NCBI RefSeq assembly: GCF_018350175.1
Contig: NC_058368.1
Location: forward strand, 120,592,001 to 120,656,000
Source: Felis catus
Taxonomy: Eukaryota
Direction: 5' to 3'
Length of the DNA: 64,000 bases
The position numbers and the translations under genes are program-made. The notes beneath the pieces were generated by a model. That model made no database searches and was not told where the DNA came from. It saw nothing but the letters and a program-made list of their open reading frames with translations. How positions within the stretch are numbered: the stretch's first letter is position 1; the number at the start of each line of letters is the position of its first letter. Below are positions 23,691-37,200 of the stretch, piece after piece.

Positions 23691-24354
23691 TTGTATTTTA
23701 TATTTTACGAGTTGAGTTGGCCTCAACTAATCTTCCAAGAAGCCTCTGGAAAGAAACAAAAGGAAGGAGGTCACAGAACCCTTGGCTTAATTTGGGACAC
23801 CATGACACAAGGTAGATGTTGTGTGTGTGGCTATGGAAAGCTTGAACTGGGGAGGGGGTATTTTACTTGGAAAACACAAAACTGGGATGGAGAAATTAAC
23901 TAGAAAATCATAAATATGGCAAACAAGAAGATCATGAAATTGTTTTATCCTAATTAATGTCAAATACATTTTTCTGTCATCCCATAACAAGAAAATCACA
24001 AGATATTGAGAAAAATAAAATTGGATCTTTCTCACTAACCATCACACCCAACAGAAGTAAAACAGTGTGGCTTCTGACAGCCCACAGAACTTCAGATTTT
24101 GAAAGAAAGTGTTAAAATCTAATTTTATTTAATAATTTTTATCACCTTCCGGGAATATAATAATGAATAAAGAAAGCATGCTTTTTTTGCTTCATAGATC
24201 TTACAGTCAAATGGAGGAAGAGAATCATACATATATAGTCACACGATAAAAAATAAATATAAAATACAGTAATTACTCCAAAGTGACAGTGTGATATATT
24301 TAAAGGTATTCTGATTTAGACCGAGAAGGCCTCTCTGGAGAAAGGCGATTATAT

Positions 24355-24870
24355 TTCTCCCCAGTCCTTAGCATGGGCTCTTCCAGAGCCCACACTTCAG
24401 TCAAATGCCAGGCATAGTTTATTTAGTAGCAGGCATGAGAGATAGGGAGCAAGAGAGCCAAAACAGGGCTATATTACACAATTTGTTACCATCCCAGACA
24501 ACTGCCCGCTCAGTCCCATAGAGACATCTGAGAAATCTTATGAAATACCTCTATGTACCATTTGCTTGAGGGAAGAAAAGAGAAAACATTTGTCTATGGG
24601 CTTCTGACCTGTATTAGTCAAGCATTGTTCCACTGAGGTCTAACTTCCCCAAATTCTGGAATGCACTTAACTGAGGGCCTATAATTGACTGCCAACCAGT
24701 CCTGCCTGTTCCTGCAGCAGAGACGTCCCTGGAAAAAGCAAGAAGTATGGGATGTGCCTTAGACAAGGCTCCATCACTTGCACCTGCATAAGCTGGTCCC
24801 CAAAGCAGGAGCTGGAATTAGAGTAAAGGCCAAGAAGGTCTGACGTGGAGAACAAGAGGGCTCTGATGCA
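24355..24870 (-). mobile_element. ERVL solo LTR (LTR33-like)
   Basis: tagtttattt, gcagcagagacgtccctgg, ttgcacctgcataagctggtc, ggccaagaaggtctgacgtgg..caagagggctctgatgca match recalled antisense LTR33. Confidence 0.6.
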
Positions 24871-25419
24871 TCTCCTGTCTCTCGGCCATCCTACATTCTA
24901 CTCCAGATTCATCTTTCAGAAAGTTTTTATCATGGCACTTCCAATCATGAAAACCTGCTAGTAGCTATTATAATCTACAAAAAAAAAGGCCAAACTCTTC
25001 AATATAACACTCAGTCCTTCCCTACTATTTTTACACGACTCTCTCCCATAAACCACACTTGTCTTCACTTGCACCTACACTTCTCAAGATTAGAGAATAT
25101 GATATGAGTCTTCTACATATCACATTCCCAAAATACTTGTGAAGCACATCTCTACAGTGATACTTATGCTATAGAAATTAGGATATATATAATATTTAAG
25201 TAACATACCCATCATAACCACAGTTCTTTTTAGCTTGATTAAAAAAAAACAAAACCATTTTCAAGGACTGTATTAGACAGGCCAGTCAGGATCTATACTA
25301 CACTCAGTTGTTTTTGAGCAAAACTGCCCTGTACATTGCTAGTAGATCCGGTGATATTGTGTACCATGGAACCCAGGGGTAGGCACCTGTTCCAAGGCTT
25401 ATTACTCCATTACAAGTAC

Positions 25420-25780
25420 AAGCTCAGTGAGAGAGAGAAATCTGAGAAGGATTCCAAGGTCCTGATTAGGCTAAGCAGATAAAAAGTGTTACATTTATCA
25501 CATTGCATAAGGATCAACTTTGAGGACTTTTTTGAATTTGTGTTACTTGTGGGAACCTAGGCAAAGATATTGAAAGACACAGGAATATAGGGCTTCAGAC
25601 TCAGGAGAGAGGTTGAACATATAGAAGGGTATAGAAGGGGCTTAAGGAAAAAAATGGAAATGTATAAAATGGATGAAGGAGAAAGGTAAGAACGAAGAAG
25701 ACAAGTCAAAGATAGACTTTTGAGTAACATCAATATTTAGAAGGTAGCTAGAGTCACAGGAGTTCATGAAAAAAAAATCA
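25420..25780 (-). mobile_element. L2 fragment
   Basis: aggattccaaggtcctg...actcaggagagaggttg...taacatcaatatttagaagg. Confidence 0.55.
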
Positions 25781-26134
25781 TGGTTAGAGTATTTTTGTCA
25801 AGTATTTAACTGAACCAACAGCCGAGAAATATTATGATAAATTATAATAAAATATGAAATAGCCATTAACAATGATATTTCAACAAAGTCTTCATGATCG
25901 CGGGAAGCATTCAGGACATAATAGTAAATCAAAGGGCAAAATCCCTGTATTTTCATTCCCCTCCCAACCCTTGTATGTATATGGGAAAGAGAAGGATAGA
26001 GGGAGGCCCTTGATAAAATAAAGAGACAAAGATATTTATGTCATTCTCTTTGCTTAGACATATATTTTTAAGTTTTCTACAGCAAGCATGTTTTCTTTTA
26101 TAATTTAAAAAGTTAATTTAAAATTGTAATTACA

Positions 26135-26350
26135 GGGGCGCCTGGGTGGCGCAGTCGTTAAGCGTCCGACTTCAGCCAGGTCACGATCTCGCGGTCCGGG
26201 AGTTCGAGCCCCGCGTCAGGCTCTGGGCTGATGGCTCAGAGCCTGGAGCCTGTTTCTGATTCTGTGTCTCCCTCTCTCTCTGCCCCTCCCTTGTTCATGC
26301 TCTGTCTCTCTCTGTCCCAAAAATAAATAAACGTTGAAAAAAAATTTTTA
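26135..26350 (+). mobile_element. Young SINEC_Fc, left monomer of a tandem dimer
   Basis: ggggcgcctgggtggcgcagtc..., CpGs intact; left TSD aaattgtaattaca at 26121-26134. Confidence 0.97.
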
Positions 26351-26364
26351 AATATTCAAAAAAC

Positions 26365-26586
26365 GGGGCGCCTGGGTGGCGCAGTCGGTTAAGCGTCAGA
26401 CTTCAGCCAGGTCACGATCTCGTGGTCCGTGAGTTCGAGCCCCGCGTCAGGCTCTGGGCAGATGGCTCGGAGCCTGGAGCCTGTTTCCGATTCTGTGTCT
26501 CCCTCTCTCTCTGCCCCTCCCCCGTTCATGCTCTGTCTCTCTCTGTCCCAAAAATAAATAAATAAACGTTGAAAAAAATTTTTTTT
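26365..26586 (+). mobile_element. Young SINEC_Fc, right monomer of a tandem dimer
   Basis: Full-length copy; right TSD aaattgtaattaca at 26587-26600. Confidence 0.97.
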
Positions 26587-29500
26587 AAATTGTAATTACA
26601 AAATATGCATAATATATTTGTATAGAATGAGAAGCCAGCAGTGTTAATAGGAGAAAGGAGTCGGAGAGTCAGGAAATATCACAGCTCTAAGTTCATTTTT
26701 GGCAGGTCGTTGTGAGATCAGAGAGGTTTATCTGCTCCCTGACATTCTCTTCTCACCTTATACCCTAGGGAACCAAACCAGTGGAACAATAATCAGGTGC
26801 CAACAACTAAATTTAAGAAGGAAATGTCTCAGGGACCACAATGAAAACTTTTAGGGCCAGCCCATCATTTTAGGTCATCATATGTTTCAGTTATATAAAC
26901 TCAATAAATATTATGCTGATGTTCGTTCAGATGCAGGAGTATTTTTCCCCTATTGCTGTCAGCGTATTTCCTGCATGTTAATAAGCATCACCACATTTCG
27001 TAGGAAATATAATACTAGCTTCATTTTTAAGCAAGTTACAAAACCACAAATTAGCAATTTGCTGAAGAACATAGAAATCTAGAATTTTCCTGTTTTGGCT
27101 TTTGCACCAAGCCCGAAAGAGATGAAGCTGATTAAAAATAACATGCCCCCTTTCCAACCCACAAGTTCCTGCTAGTCAGTCAGCACCTTGCTGTCATCTC
27201 TCTCATGCTTCTCCAAATTCTAAACCTTTTCATCCTTCCATTACTATTAGCTGATAACATTCTTTTAATTCGGTAGCATTTGGGCTGTCTGAGCCTTATC
27301 CTTAATTTTGAGTACTTTGAATACATAAATGCCTTCTATAATTACCTTCCAAAATTCTCAGAGGACTGGACAATGGCATGTCACATTCCCAAAGTCTATT
27401 TCCTGTTTTAACAGCGAAGGTCAAAATCCTCATTTTATTTCCTTTCTAGAGCTTTGTCCACTTCAGATAGAGGAATTATATTTTTTCTTCTCCACATAAA
27501 TCTAGGAACATTGCAACTGTTGCCAGGAAAAATAAATTACAGTTTTAAGCTGCAAATCTGTAGGTTTAAAGCTTCACCTTCCTTCAACATTATTTTAAAG
27601 GAAAAATACTATATTTCAGCCAGCAGAGGAGACAGATTTTTGGGTCTACCTCCCACTATTAAGTTCAGTTCTCTGCTTTGGAATGCCTAAAGGAATCTTA
27701 TGATTCTTTCCAGAAAAGAAGGATAATTTAAAATCCTTGGACACTGGCCTCAATGAATAACAAGGTGATGGAAGCACAGGATGTCATTCTTTCTCAACAC
27801 CATTTCCATGTATTTTTATCCCTTTCTTTCCCTTTCTCTCTCTTCAATGCATGGCCAATTACACCGTGCATACAACCTTGCTATAAACATTTAATTGGAA
27901 ATACAAAACCTGAATTTTCTTTTTGCATCTAGTATCTTTCAATTGTGTTGCCTTTATAAAACGCAGTTTGGAAAGGCAATATTGTATCCGGTTTTGTGTT
28001 CTTTCCAGAGAAACCACTACTATGTTGGATTACGGTAATCAAAACTGAAATATATTCTCAAATACGCACAGACAAACCTCATCAACATGAATTATGGGGG
28101 GAAAGAACCATGTTTGCAATGTGCAATTTTTTGCTCAAATATATCCTACTTTAAGAGTATTTTCTAGCCTAAAATACCTTAAACATATGTGTAGGGAGCT
28201 TATTCTGTGTCAATGGTTGTGAGGATTAAGGATGTCTGACTTTATTCAAAATACAGATGTCTGAACCAAGCCATCCGCTTCAGAGAGAATCAGAGTGAGT
28301 CTTATAAAGAAGCTGCTCGACTGACCTACTTGCAATCAAATCACTGATAAGAGAATGAGGAAGTTGAAAATGACGATGAAAAAGGACTTGAAGTTATAGA
28401 CTGTAGGGTTGTAGGGTTGGTCTGAGGGGACAGAGAGACTTAGTGAGATGGTCTAGATAAGAAGTGTCCAAAGTCAGTGGCTAATAAGTAGAATAGAGTG
28501 GTTTAGATTTCTGAAATGGAATACTAATACTATGCAGCCATAAAATAAATAGGTAATGATAAGGGGATATTTTTCTTCCAACACTGTTCAATTTGAAACT
28601 GGGATATAAACAGTATGTGGAGCATGATCCCAATAAAGCCAAACCAAAATAAAACAAACAAAAACCTATTCGTGATTACTTATGGGAGATAGGATTATGG
28701 GATACTACAATATTTGTTCACCACTACATCTGAAATAAGCACTTAGTAAATTACGTTCACCTTCTATCCAGCTTCTTTCAGTTTCTATGATAAACAAATA
28801 GTACCTCTGTACAAAAAAGAAAAGATTATTTAAAACATACTTGTTTCTGAAATGAGACGATAGTGGTAGATGATAAAGATTGGATGCTTCAGCAGATGGC
28901 TCAGGGATCTGTAGCTGCTAGATAATTCTCCCCCCAGTGAGATGTACATCTAGATGAAGAGGGGATTACAAGGCAAGAATCAAGGAGATTTTCTTAATCC
29001 ATCCAACAGCTCCTGATCTTGAACACTGTATGGACAAGTCTCCATTAGCACAGCAGCCGGGAGCAGTGGAAGGTATATTCAGGCTGGGATCATATGCATA
29101 ACAGAGTTGCTAGGCATAGGGGATTATCTTCCTAATTATCACCTTAAACCAGCAAGTCAATTATTTTTCATGTATAGAACACACAATAGCATCGTAGCTA
29201 ACTCTATCGGCCAAGGAGACTTCTCACGTGAGAGAAGTTCTCAACCTGTAGTTGGAGTATTCCACTGGACTCTGTGCCCTTCTAAAGTTGTAGCCCCTGG
29301 GGAAGGAATTCTCAAGAGTCTGAGTCTCTGCCGTGTAATAATTGTCTGCTAATAGTATTTATGGAAGTTATTCTTATTCTAAAGGAGAGCTCAAGCCTGG
29401 TGGTCTTTATTATTCCACCCAGGAGAGTAGGCTGCGCACCTCAACTGAGCATGGGTGGTCAAGCATGCCTGTACTCATTCCATCAGGCTACTTCCAACAT

Positions 29501-29659
29501 CTCTATTTCAGTTTAATACTCCTCATGGTCTTTGGTAGATTATTGGAATGCTGGGCACCCTTGTCAGGAGAGTGGGGCCTCTTTTTCTGTGTTTCTTACA
29601 TATCCAGACCCTAGTTTGTTCATGGACATTACATCTTGTTTAATGCCCATAGTTTATCT

Positions 29660-29826
29660 TGACAATCCAGCCTCTCCCTTCAGCTCTCTATTGTAAGTCA
29701 ACTGATTAACAACCTTAATTCCATCTGCAAACTTAGTTACCTTTGGCCAGATAATCTTACATATTGCACAAATTCCACAGATGCGGACACAGATGTCCTT
29801 GGAGGATCTTATTCTGCCTACCACAC
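29660..29826 (-). mobile_element. MaLR LTR 5' fragment (MLT1D/E-like)
   Basis: aagtcaactgattaacaaccttaattccatctgcaaa...ttattctgcctaccaca. Confidence 0.7.
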
Positions 29827-31624
29827 CTGTGAATTCATACATTCATAACTCTCAGCAAACTCCAAGCAGAACAAATAGGAAGAAAAGCATACCTGGGAAC
29901 AAAAATCACACCTAGACATCAAATACTGAAATATAATGACTTTTTTAAGTCTTAGAAGCAGCCAAGGGGGGCGGGGTACATTATGTATATGGAAACAACC
30001 AAGAAAAATGTCAGTAAAATTTAATCAGAAAAATATTAGAGGATAGAAGACAATGTAAACATGCTAAAAGAAAACGAGTAAAACTAGAATTTTGTATCTA
30101 GTGAAAATACCACCCCAAAATAAAGGCCAAATACATTTTTTTTTCTGAGAAGACAACTAAATCATTTTTAATGAACTTGCACCACAAGAAATATTTTTTA
30201 AAAGTTTCTTAGGCTGAAAAAAATAATAATAGCAGATAGAAACTTGATGATGCAAGAAGGAATAGAAAACAACATAAAGAGCAAATAGGTCAGTAAACTT
30301 CAAGAACATTTAAAATTATTCTTAATATACGATTTCTAAAATTGCCTGAAAGACTGAATCTTCAAATTAAAAATAATTTAATAGCATACTGTGTGGTTTA
30401 AAGAATACTTAAAAGTAAAATATATGACAAAAAGATTACATAAGTCATTAGGGTAGTAAATGGAGCATACATTTGTAACATTCTTATGCTGGCAAGAAGA
30501 AGACCATTTTGTTAAAGTAGATGTTGATAAATTAAAGATGCCTATTGTAATCTTCAGAATTACTGCCAAAAATAACAGAAGGAAGTATAATTTTAAAAGC
30601 TAAGAGGGGACATAAAAAGTATACTAAAAATACTCAAACCTCATAGAAAAATGGATATAAAAGAAGAAACAGAAAAACACGAAGTAGATGGGACTTAGAG
30701 AACTCACAGAGGTGACAGACTTAAATGCATAAATATATAAATAATGTTATGAATGGAGTAAAGAATCAAATTAAAAGAGATTGTCAGAAGGATGAAAACA
30801 TAAGACATCAACTATACTTCAAGAATGAACAAAAATACAAAACTGAAAAAAAGGAAGGTAACTGGTATGCCATACAGACATTAACAATAGGAAAACTGGT
30901 ATACCTAACTGAATATGAGAAGCATGCTTCAAAATGAGGAGCATTATCAGAGACAATGAAAGTCATTTCATAATGTAAAGAATCCAAATGGAAGACAGAC
31001 TAATCCTAAATGCAGGTACAATTGATACAAAAGCCGCCAAACATATGAAGCAGAAATAGAGAAAACTAAAGAAAGAGAAGGAGAAATCAAGTTGAAGAGT
31101 TAAATCACCGACAGGAATATATAAAACAGGAAAAAAGGAGACATATCATAAAATGTGAACAACACTATCAACCGATATATCTGACATTTAAAAAGCACTA
31201 CATCTAATGACAGCAGAATAGACATTCTCAAGTATACAAGGAACATTCCCGAAAATAGATTAATGTTTTGCATTCAAAAAATCTAAGTACATTTGAAAGA
31301 ATTGAAATTATGCAGACATACTTAGACTTAGAAGTTAGAAATCAGTAAGAAAAAGGTATTTTGAAAATCTCCAAATATTTGGAAATTAAACAGTCAATTG
31401 TAAACTAGCATGAGTCAAAGAAGAAATCACAGGTAACCCAGAAAATATTTTCAACTGAATGAAAATAAAAACACAACATATCAAAATTTGTAGGTTACAA
31501 GTAATATACAGGAAAATATATGCTCCTACAGGAAAATGTATACATTTAAAATGAATGTATTAAAAAAATAAGAAATTTGTAGAATCAGTGATCCATCTGT
31601 CCTCATTAAAAACCTCAAAAAAGA

Positions 31625-31800
31625 ATGGGTGAAATAGCTAAGTAAAGGGGATTAAAGAATGCACTTGTGATGAGCACTGGGTGATTACTGAATTGTTGAA
31701 TCACTATATTGAACACCTGAAACTAATCCAACACTGTATGTTAACTATGTTAGAATTAAAATTAAAAAAATAATAAAGCCCCAACTATTATTTAAAAAAA
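31625..31800 (+). mobile_element. Carnivore L1 extreme 3' end nested in the old L1
   Basis: gtgatgagcactgggtg...gaatcactatattgaacacctgaaactaat..cactgtatgttaacta; TSD-like tcaaaaaaga on both sides. Confidence 0.85.
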
Positions 31801-32121
31801 TATCAAAAAAGATTAATTATTAAACCCAAAAAAGTGGAAAAAAGGAAATAATAAAAATAAAAATAGAAATCAATGAACTATAAAACAAGTAAGACAATAT
31901 AAAAAAGAGTCAAAAATTTGTTGTTTAAAATGATTAATAAAATTTACAAATTCTTATTAGATCAAAAAAGAAATATTAATTATCAATATCAGAAATTAAA
32001 GAGGGGCAACAACCTAAAATTATTCAAAAATAACAATAGGATATTTAAAAAATTCATGATAAAATGTTTCATAACTTAGATGAACAAATTCCTTAAAAAA
32101 ACAAAACTTACTACAACTGAC

Positions 32122-32504
32122 TATTAGTTTGCTAGGGCTGCCATAACAAAATGCTATGGACTAGATGACCTAATCAACAGAAATTTATTTCCTCCCAAGA
32201 TGGAGGCTGAAATCCAAGATCAAGGTGATAGGATAGCTTGGTTTGTTATGAGATCTGTATCCTTGGCTTGCAGATGGTGATTTTCTTGCTATGTCCATAC
32301 ATAGTCTTTTGTCTGTGCATGTGCATCCTTGGTATCTTTTCCGCCTACAGGAAGAGACACCAGTCCTATAGGATTAAGGAATTACCCTTATGACCTCATT
32401 TAACTTTAATTACCTCTTTAAAAACACTGTCCTCAGAAACACTCAGAAGGGGGGTAAGAACTTCAACACATGAATTCCGGGGAGACACAATTCAGTCAAT
32501 AACA
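32122..32504 (-). mobile_element. MaLR solo LTR (MLT1A0-like) nested in the old L1
   Basis: tattagtttgctagggctgccataacaaa...ccttggcttgcagatgg...cacaattcagtcaataaca; 5-bp TSD ctgac / gtgac. Confidence 0.85.
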
Positions 32505-33060
32505 GTGACAAAACAAGAAACAGAAAATCTCAGTTGCCTTATAACTATTAAAGAATGTTTGTTTTCAATTTCAAAATATTCTGTTTCTTAACAGGCATGC
32601 ATGTTACATAGAATTGTACAATTACTATCTTTGCATGTCACTACATGTAAATTATATATAAAATCATGACTATGTGTGAGTTCCCACTTTCAATTGTCCC
32701 AAGGTTAAATCTACACCTACCCTTATTAAGGTGTGGTGCCCAAAGCCAACATAGTTAGTTCTTTTTTATCTTAAAATTAGTGCCTGTTGGATTTCTGTCC
32801 TTCCCAAATTGAGGTGTGTATTAAAAGCAGGAGAACCATTACTGTTTTCTTCTATTGTGTTGGCCTCCTTCCAGATTTGGAGAAATGTGTATGATATGTT
32901 TTCCCTCCTGTGGGTCTCTTCTTGATTATTAGTACTTCTTACGAAAAAGCTAAAGCCACAAATGTGGCCATTTCTCTATTCCCCAATATCCAATCCATCC
33001 CCAAGACTTACAACCCTACTTTCTAAATATCTCACTAAGTCATCAAAATGCACTGATTGC

Positions 33061-33285
33061 GGGGCGCCTGGGTGGCGCAGTCGGTTAAGCGTCCGACTTC
33101 AGCCAGGTCACAATCTCGCGGTCCGGGAGTTCGAGCCCCGCGTCGGGCTCTGGGCTGATGATGGCTCAGAGCCTGGAGCCTGTTTCCGATTCTGTGTCTC
33201 CCTCTCTCTCTCTGCCCCTCCCCCGTTCATGCTCTGTCTCTCTCTGTCCCAAAAATAAATAAACGTTGAAAAAAAAAATTTTTAA
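33061..33285 (+). mobile_element. Young SINEC_Fc
   Basis: CpG-intact; perfect 15-bp TSD aaaatgcactgattg (33045-33059 / 33286-33300). Confidence 0.97.
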
Positions 33286-33924
33286 AAAATGCACTGATTG
33301 TGATAAAGTATTTTTAGTAATTTGAGACTTTTAATATTCAAATAGCAGGATTTATTCCATATCCAATAAATTCCCTGTGGATTACTTCCCTGATCACATT
33401 AAGTTTCCCAAGTTGCTCTTTCTCCTGTGGATCCCCCACCCATTTGATGTGGAAATCCTGGAATCTAGGAGGCTAAGATGGGGGCATTTTCTATTTCCCA
33501 AAGCATCAAATGACCTACCTTGCAACTGCACTATGTTCATTTATTACTTTGACTTATTGAGAAGACACAGTCTTCACCTCTGGGCACAGAAACATAAACT
33601 ACAATAATTAAATTTGATTATACTGAGAAGATTAACATTTCAATCCTTAGCTGGAAGATAAGATGAAAGGTAAGTGACTTGATCAGGCAAGGAAGCCAGC
33701 CTTCAAAATTTGTACAACCTGCATAGAAGATAAATTCAGCAAATATTACTCTATGACATGGACTGTACCAATTCTACAACATTTAAGCACTAATAGTTTT
33801 TGGTCCTGGGACAGTCAGTCTTACAATGGACACACACAAAATAAAACTATAAATTACTATAAATGGCATAATTGTACACAAATGATTAATAGTTGTTTGT
33901 TCAACATATGGCACTGCAGAGGTA

Positions 33925-34175
33925 AATTGGGTACTGTTTAATACCATGAGCTCTGAAAACAGATGACTTCAGTTTAAAGCCCCATACCACTCCTATGAAA
34001 TGGTGGAACCTTAGATAGGTTACTTAAGTTTGGGACCTTAGTTTCCCATCTGTCAAAAGAGTTGTTGACCTGAAAGGATTAAGTTTTATACATATGCTAT
34101 ATATTTTTATATGTACATAAAACACGTTTAAAATAGTAACTGAAACACTGCAAGTGCAACATAATTTTTAAGATA
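33925..34175 (+). mobile_element. MIR SINE
   Basis: ataggttacttaagtttgggaccttagtttcccatctgtcaaa. Confidence 0.6.
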
Positions 34176-34269
34176 GTTGGGTAGGTAGTAGACAATTTTT
34201 CTAAGGAAATGTTAAAATTTTATAATACTTATATTTTAATTTTCTATAAAATTTTCCCTTACTCTTTGT

Positions 34270-34640
34270 GGGATAAGGATCTTCGAAGACCTCGCAAAGG
34301 AAATCATGTCAAGAGGGTTCCAAAGTATGAAGTAACAGCCAGGTGAGAGGGAGCTGAGGGAGCAGCATCTTCTGGAGAGTTCTGAGAATGCTAGTGTTGC
34401 CTAGACACAAAGCATCTGGGACAAAGAAGAGAATAGCAGTAGCTGATGCCAGAGAAGTAGATTAAAATCAGATCATGAGATCACAGAGGAAATTGTTTCC
34501 CATGCTGAAAAATGTGGACATTATTCTACATTATCCTAAAGGGCAAGGGGAATCCCTGAAGCATTTTAAAGTTTGGGCTCATAATTGTATTTTAGCAAAA
34601 TCGTTCGGGTGGGGAATGGACTGAAGAAACATTAGCAAGG
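34270..34640 (-). mobile_element. L2 fragment
   Basis: cagatcatgag...ccatgctgaaaaatgtggacattattc...ccctgaagcattttaa. Confidence 0.55.
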
Positions 34641-35199
34641 ATACTCCTGAATTATTTTTTCTTGAGTTATACTATAAGAAGTAGCCAATATTACTAAGAA
34701 AGAGCTTTATTTGTCTTTCAGATGTTCCTTCCTGGATGCAAAGGAAATACATGCTTTTCTGTACTGCTCTCTTCTGGTCTGAAGCCCTCCAAATCCTCCA
34801 GTCCTCCCACCTTGACCACCTTCCTCAAATACTGAAAAAAATCTGATGTAAACAACTGATCAACAGTCTAAGCCAGAGACTAAGAGGAAGAAAGGGAGCC
34901 CTGTGAATAGCGGTATGGAGAGTATAGAACCAAAGCACCTCAGGATGGAAGGAAAGAGTGAAGGGTCCAGACAGGAAGACTGAGTGTGGGAAATAAGCCA
35001 CTCAAAGGGGTAAAAAATGTTTTGTAGCATCTTCTGGATACATGTGTGTGATTAATACCCAGAAAGGAATGGGCCCATGGTTTTTCCCTTCCAAATATTA
35101 GGGACAGAGCTAATGGATTATTGATTATTGATTTTGAATATAAATATTTAACGTCATTGTGACCAATGCTCTGAAGAAAACTACCATGCATATTTGGGG

Positions 35200-35480
35200 A
35201 CCAATTATGGAAACAACTGTGTCCTGGAATATTGAGGGAAGGCTTCATCCAAAAAGTGTCAGCGAAACAAGTTCTCAAAGTTGAAGTTATCGGGAAAAGA
35301 ACGTGGGAAAAATGGTCATAGAGGCAACAACGTGAATAAAGGCATTGAGGTTGGAAGGGGCTTGATGTTCAAGGATACTGTGAACACTGGAGTGACAAGA
35401 GCATGGTAAGAGGGACAGTGGCACACATGATAGAAAGGTAAGGCCTGGCAGGGTGTGAAGTCATCACCTTCTGATAAATG
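35200..35480 (-). mobile_element. L2 fragment
   Basis: gagggaaggcttcatcc...aaaggcattgaggttggaagggg. Confidence 0.5.
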
Positions 35481-36235
35481 TGGAATACTTAAAATAGACA
35501 ATGGGACACAAGCATTCCGGTATAAGATTATTAAATTCAAGTTAACCACTTCCTATTTTTGACCACCTTTCATGGAATATTTTACTATATTGGATGGAAT
35601 ACATTATCGTTTAGTTTCTGTGAACGTCAAAGGCTATACATACGACAAGAGAAGAATGGGGCGAGACCCCATCTTTCTCCATAGCTCAGTTTCTAAGGGG
35701 AAATTTTATTTGCATTGCTAAAGAATCTCTTTATACTAGGTAGGGAGATTAACAAGCAGAGCAACAGAAATATGAGAGTCATTACTGCTGATTAAATGAT
35801 AATTTTCTAGAGCGACATTATGCATCAGAAAAGAAAATAATGAGCTCACTTGAATTTATGGACCCCATGGCATCTGGGAGAAGTTCTATCATCTGCTCAT
35901 GAACAGCTTCCATGCCAAGTATTTGAAGAGATTATATAGATGTTTGAGATAGGCACAGACTTAGAGGTTAAAAAGTGGGCACCTTGGCACGGAAGTTTAC
36001 ATCATGGTAATCAGCCTGCTGGAAGTAATAAATAACACTAGTAAAGACAATAAAAAGCATTTGCATATATATATTCTAGTCCATCAATTACTCTAAGTCA
36101 AGATGAGACAAAAAGAAGACAGAGCTGAGTAGATAAAATGTGGTAAAGAGGAAGGCTTAGCTTGGCAAATGGAAAGCAATGGAAATCAGAGTTCAAAGAA
36201 GGTCGGTCTGATACAGAGTGTCAGTCATTACCCAA

Positions 36236-36303
36236 TGCATTATTTTGCTAGAACTGCCATAACAAAACACCACCACTGGGCAGCTTAAACAACAGAAATT
36301 TAT
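36236..36303 (-). mobile_element. MaLR LTR 3' terminal fragment (MLT1A/B-like)
   Basis: ctgccataacaaaacaccaccactgggcagcttaaacaacagaaatttat. Confidence 0.7.
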
Positions 36304-36990
36304 GCTTTTACTTTATGTGTATCAACTCACCCCCTTGTAGACTTACTTGGCTTGAAGCCCCCTTTTCCCTTCCAGGCACCCTTCTCCAACCTTCCATCCT
36401 TTCAGTTTTCTTTACAGCAGGTGGCAAAGGTATGATCAATTACTAAATTACTTATTTACATAAAACCCCATATTGAAAGTCTGTCTTCCCTACTTATCGT
36501 ACTTACCCTATCTAAGTATATGTTTCCTCAACTGAACATTGGGACTCATCATAGTACACAGCCCATACATATGGAGTTAAATGAGTGGATACAAGGAAAG
36601 TACTTTGCACAGTTCCCGGCAGATAGTAACATTCAGCATATGGCAACTTCTATTGTTTGGAGGAACAAAAAGAAGTAAAATCTATATAACACATGAAGAA
36701 ATCACTTGAAAGTGGGATAAAGGCAAATGGGAACATTTTCTTAATGATCGATTCAGCCAACATTTATTGATTCGTTCCTCTTTTGCTCTCAAATAACATT
36801 TTGGTTTATGACACAGGTTTCCTTTAAAAGGCCTTTAAAGAAATTTGTGGAAGCACATTGATGACGAATGAGCATTGGTTAAAAGTGCTGGTGTGGTCTT
36901 GGACATCAAATGTCTTTCTCCTGTCCCTTTCCATTAAAATGTTTCATCAGAGTTGCATCTCTCTTTTTCAGTTTAAAGTTTCCCTTTTCA

Positions 36991-37200
36991 AGAGTACCTG
37001 GGTGGCTCAGTTGGTTGAGCACCCAACTTTGGCTCAGGTCATGATCTCATGGTTCATGAGTTCAAGCCCCGTGTCAGGTTCTGTGCTGACAGCTCAGAGC
37101 CTGGATCCTACTTCAGATTCTGTATCTCCCTCTCTCTGCCTCTCCTCTGTTTGCGCTGTCTCTCTCTCTCTCAAAAAGAAATAAACATTATTTTTTTTTA
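36991..37200 (+). mobile_element. CanSINE (SINEC_Fc2-like)
   Basis: Full body; perfect 19-bp TSD tttaaagtttcccttttca (36972-36990 / 37201-37219). Confidence 0.96.

Larger units (their letters stand above)
29840..32560 (+). mobile_element. Old L1M internal fragment (ORF1 C-terminus, spacer, ORF2 endonuclease region), decayed, with two nested insertions
   Basis: A-rich; aaatcacacctagacatc, aactagaattttgtatctagtgaaaata, acagcagaatagacattctcaagt, acacaacatatcaaaatttgtagg. Confidence 0.75.

Noticed and set aside
32962..33258. Recurrent ORF peptide GAPGWRSRLSVRLQPGH..EFEPR..GACFRFCVSLSL (also 52364-52738, 56027-56296) and SGSVLTAQSLEPASDSVS ORFs
   Set aside because: Translations of CanSINE bodies, not a gene family
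34722..34912. Possible + strand exon after ttgtctttcag
   Set aside because: No recognisable coding content, and such splice-like motifs are expected by chance in 64 kb
36418..36429. Possible 9-12 nt micro-exon after a long pyrimidine tract (ttctttacag CAGGTGGCAAAG gtatga)
   Set aside because: Context resembles a decayed L2 3' region and there is no independent evidence of splicing
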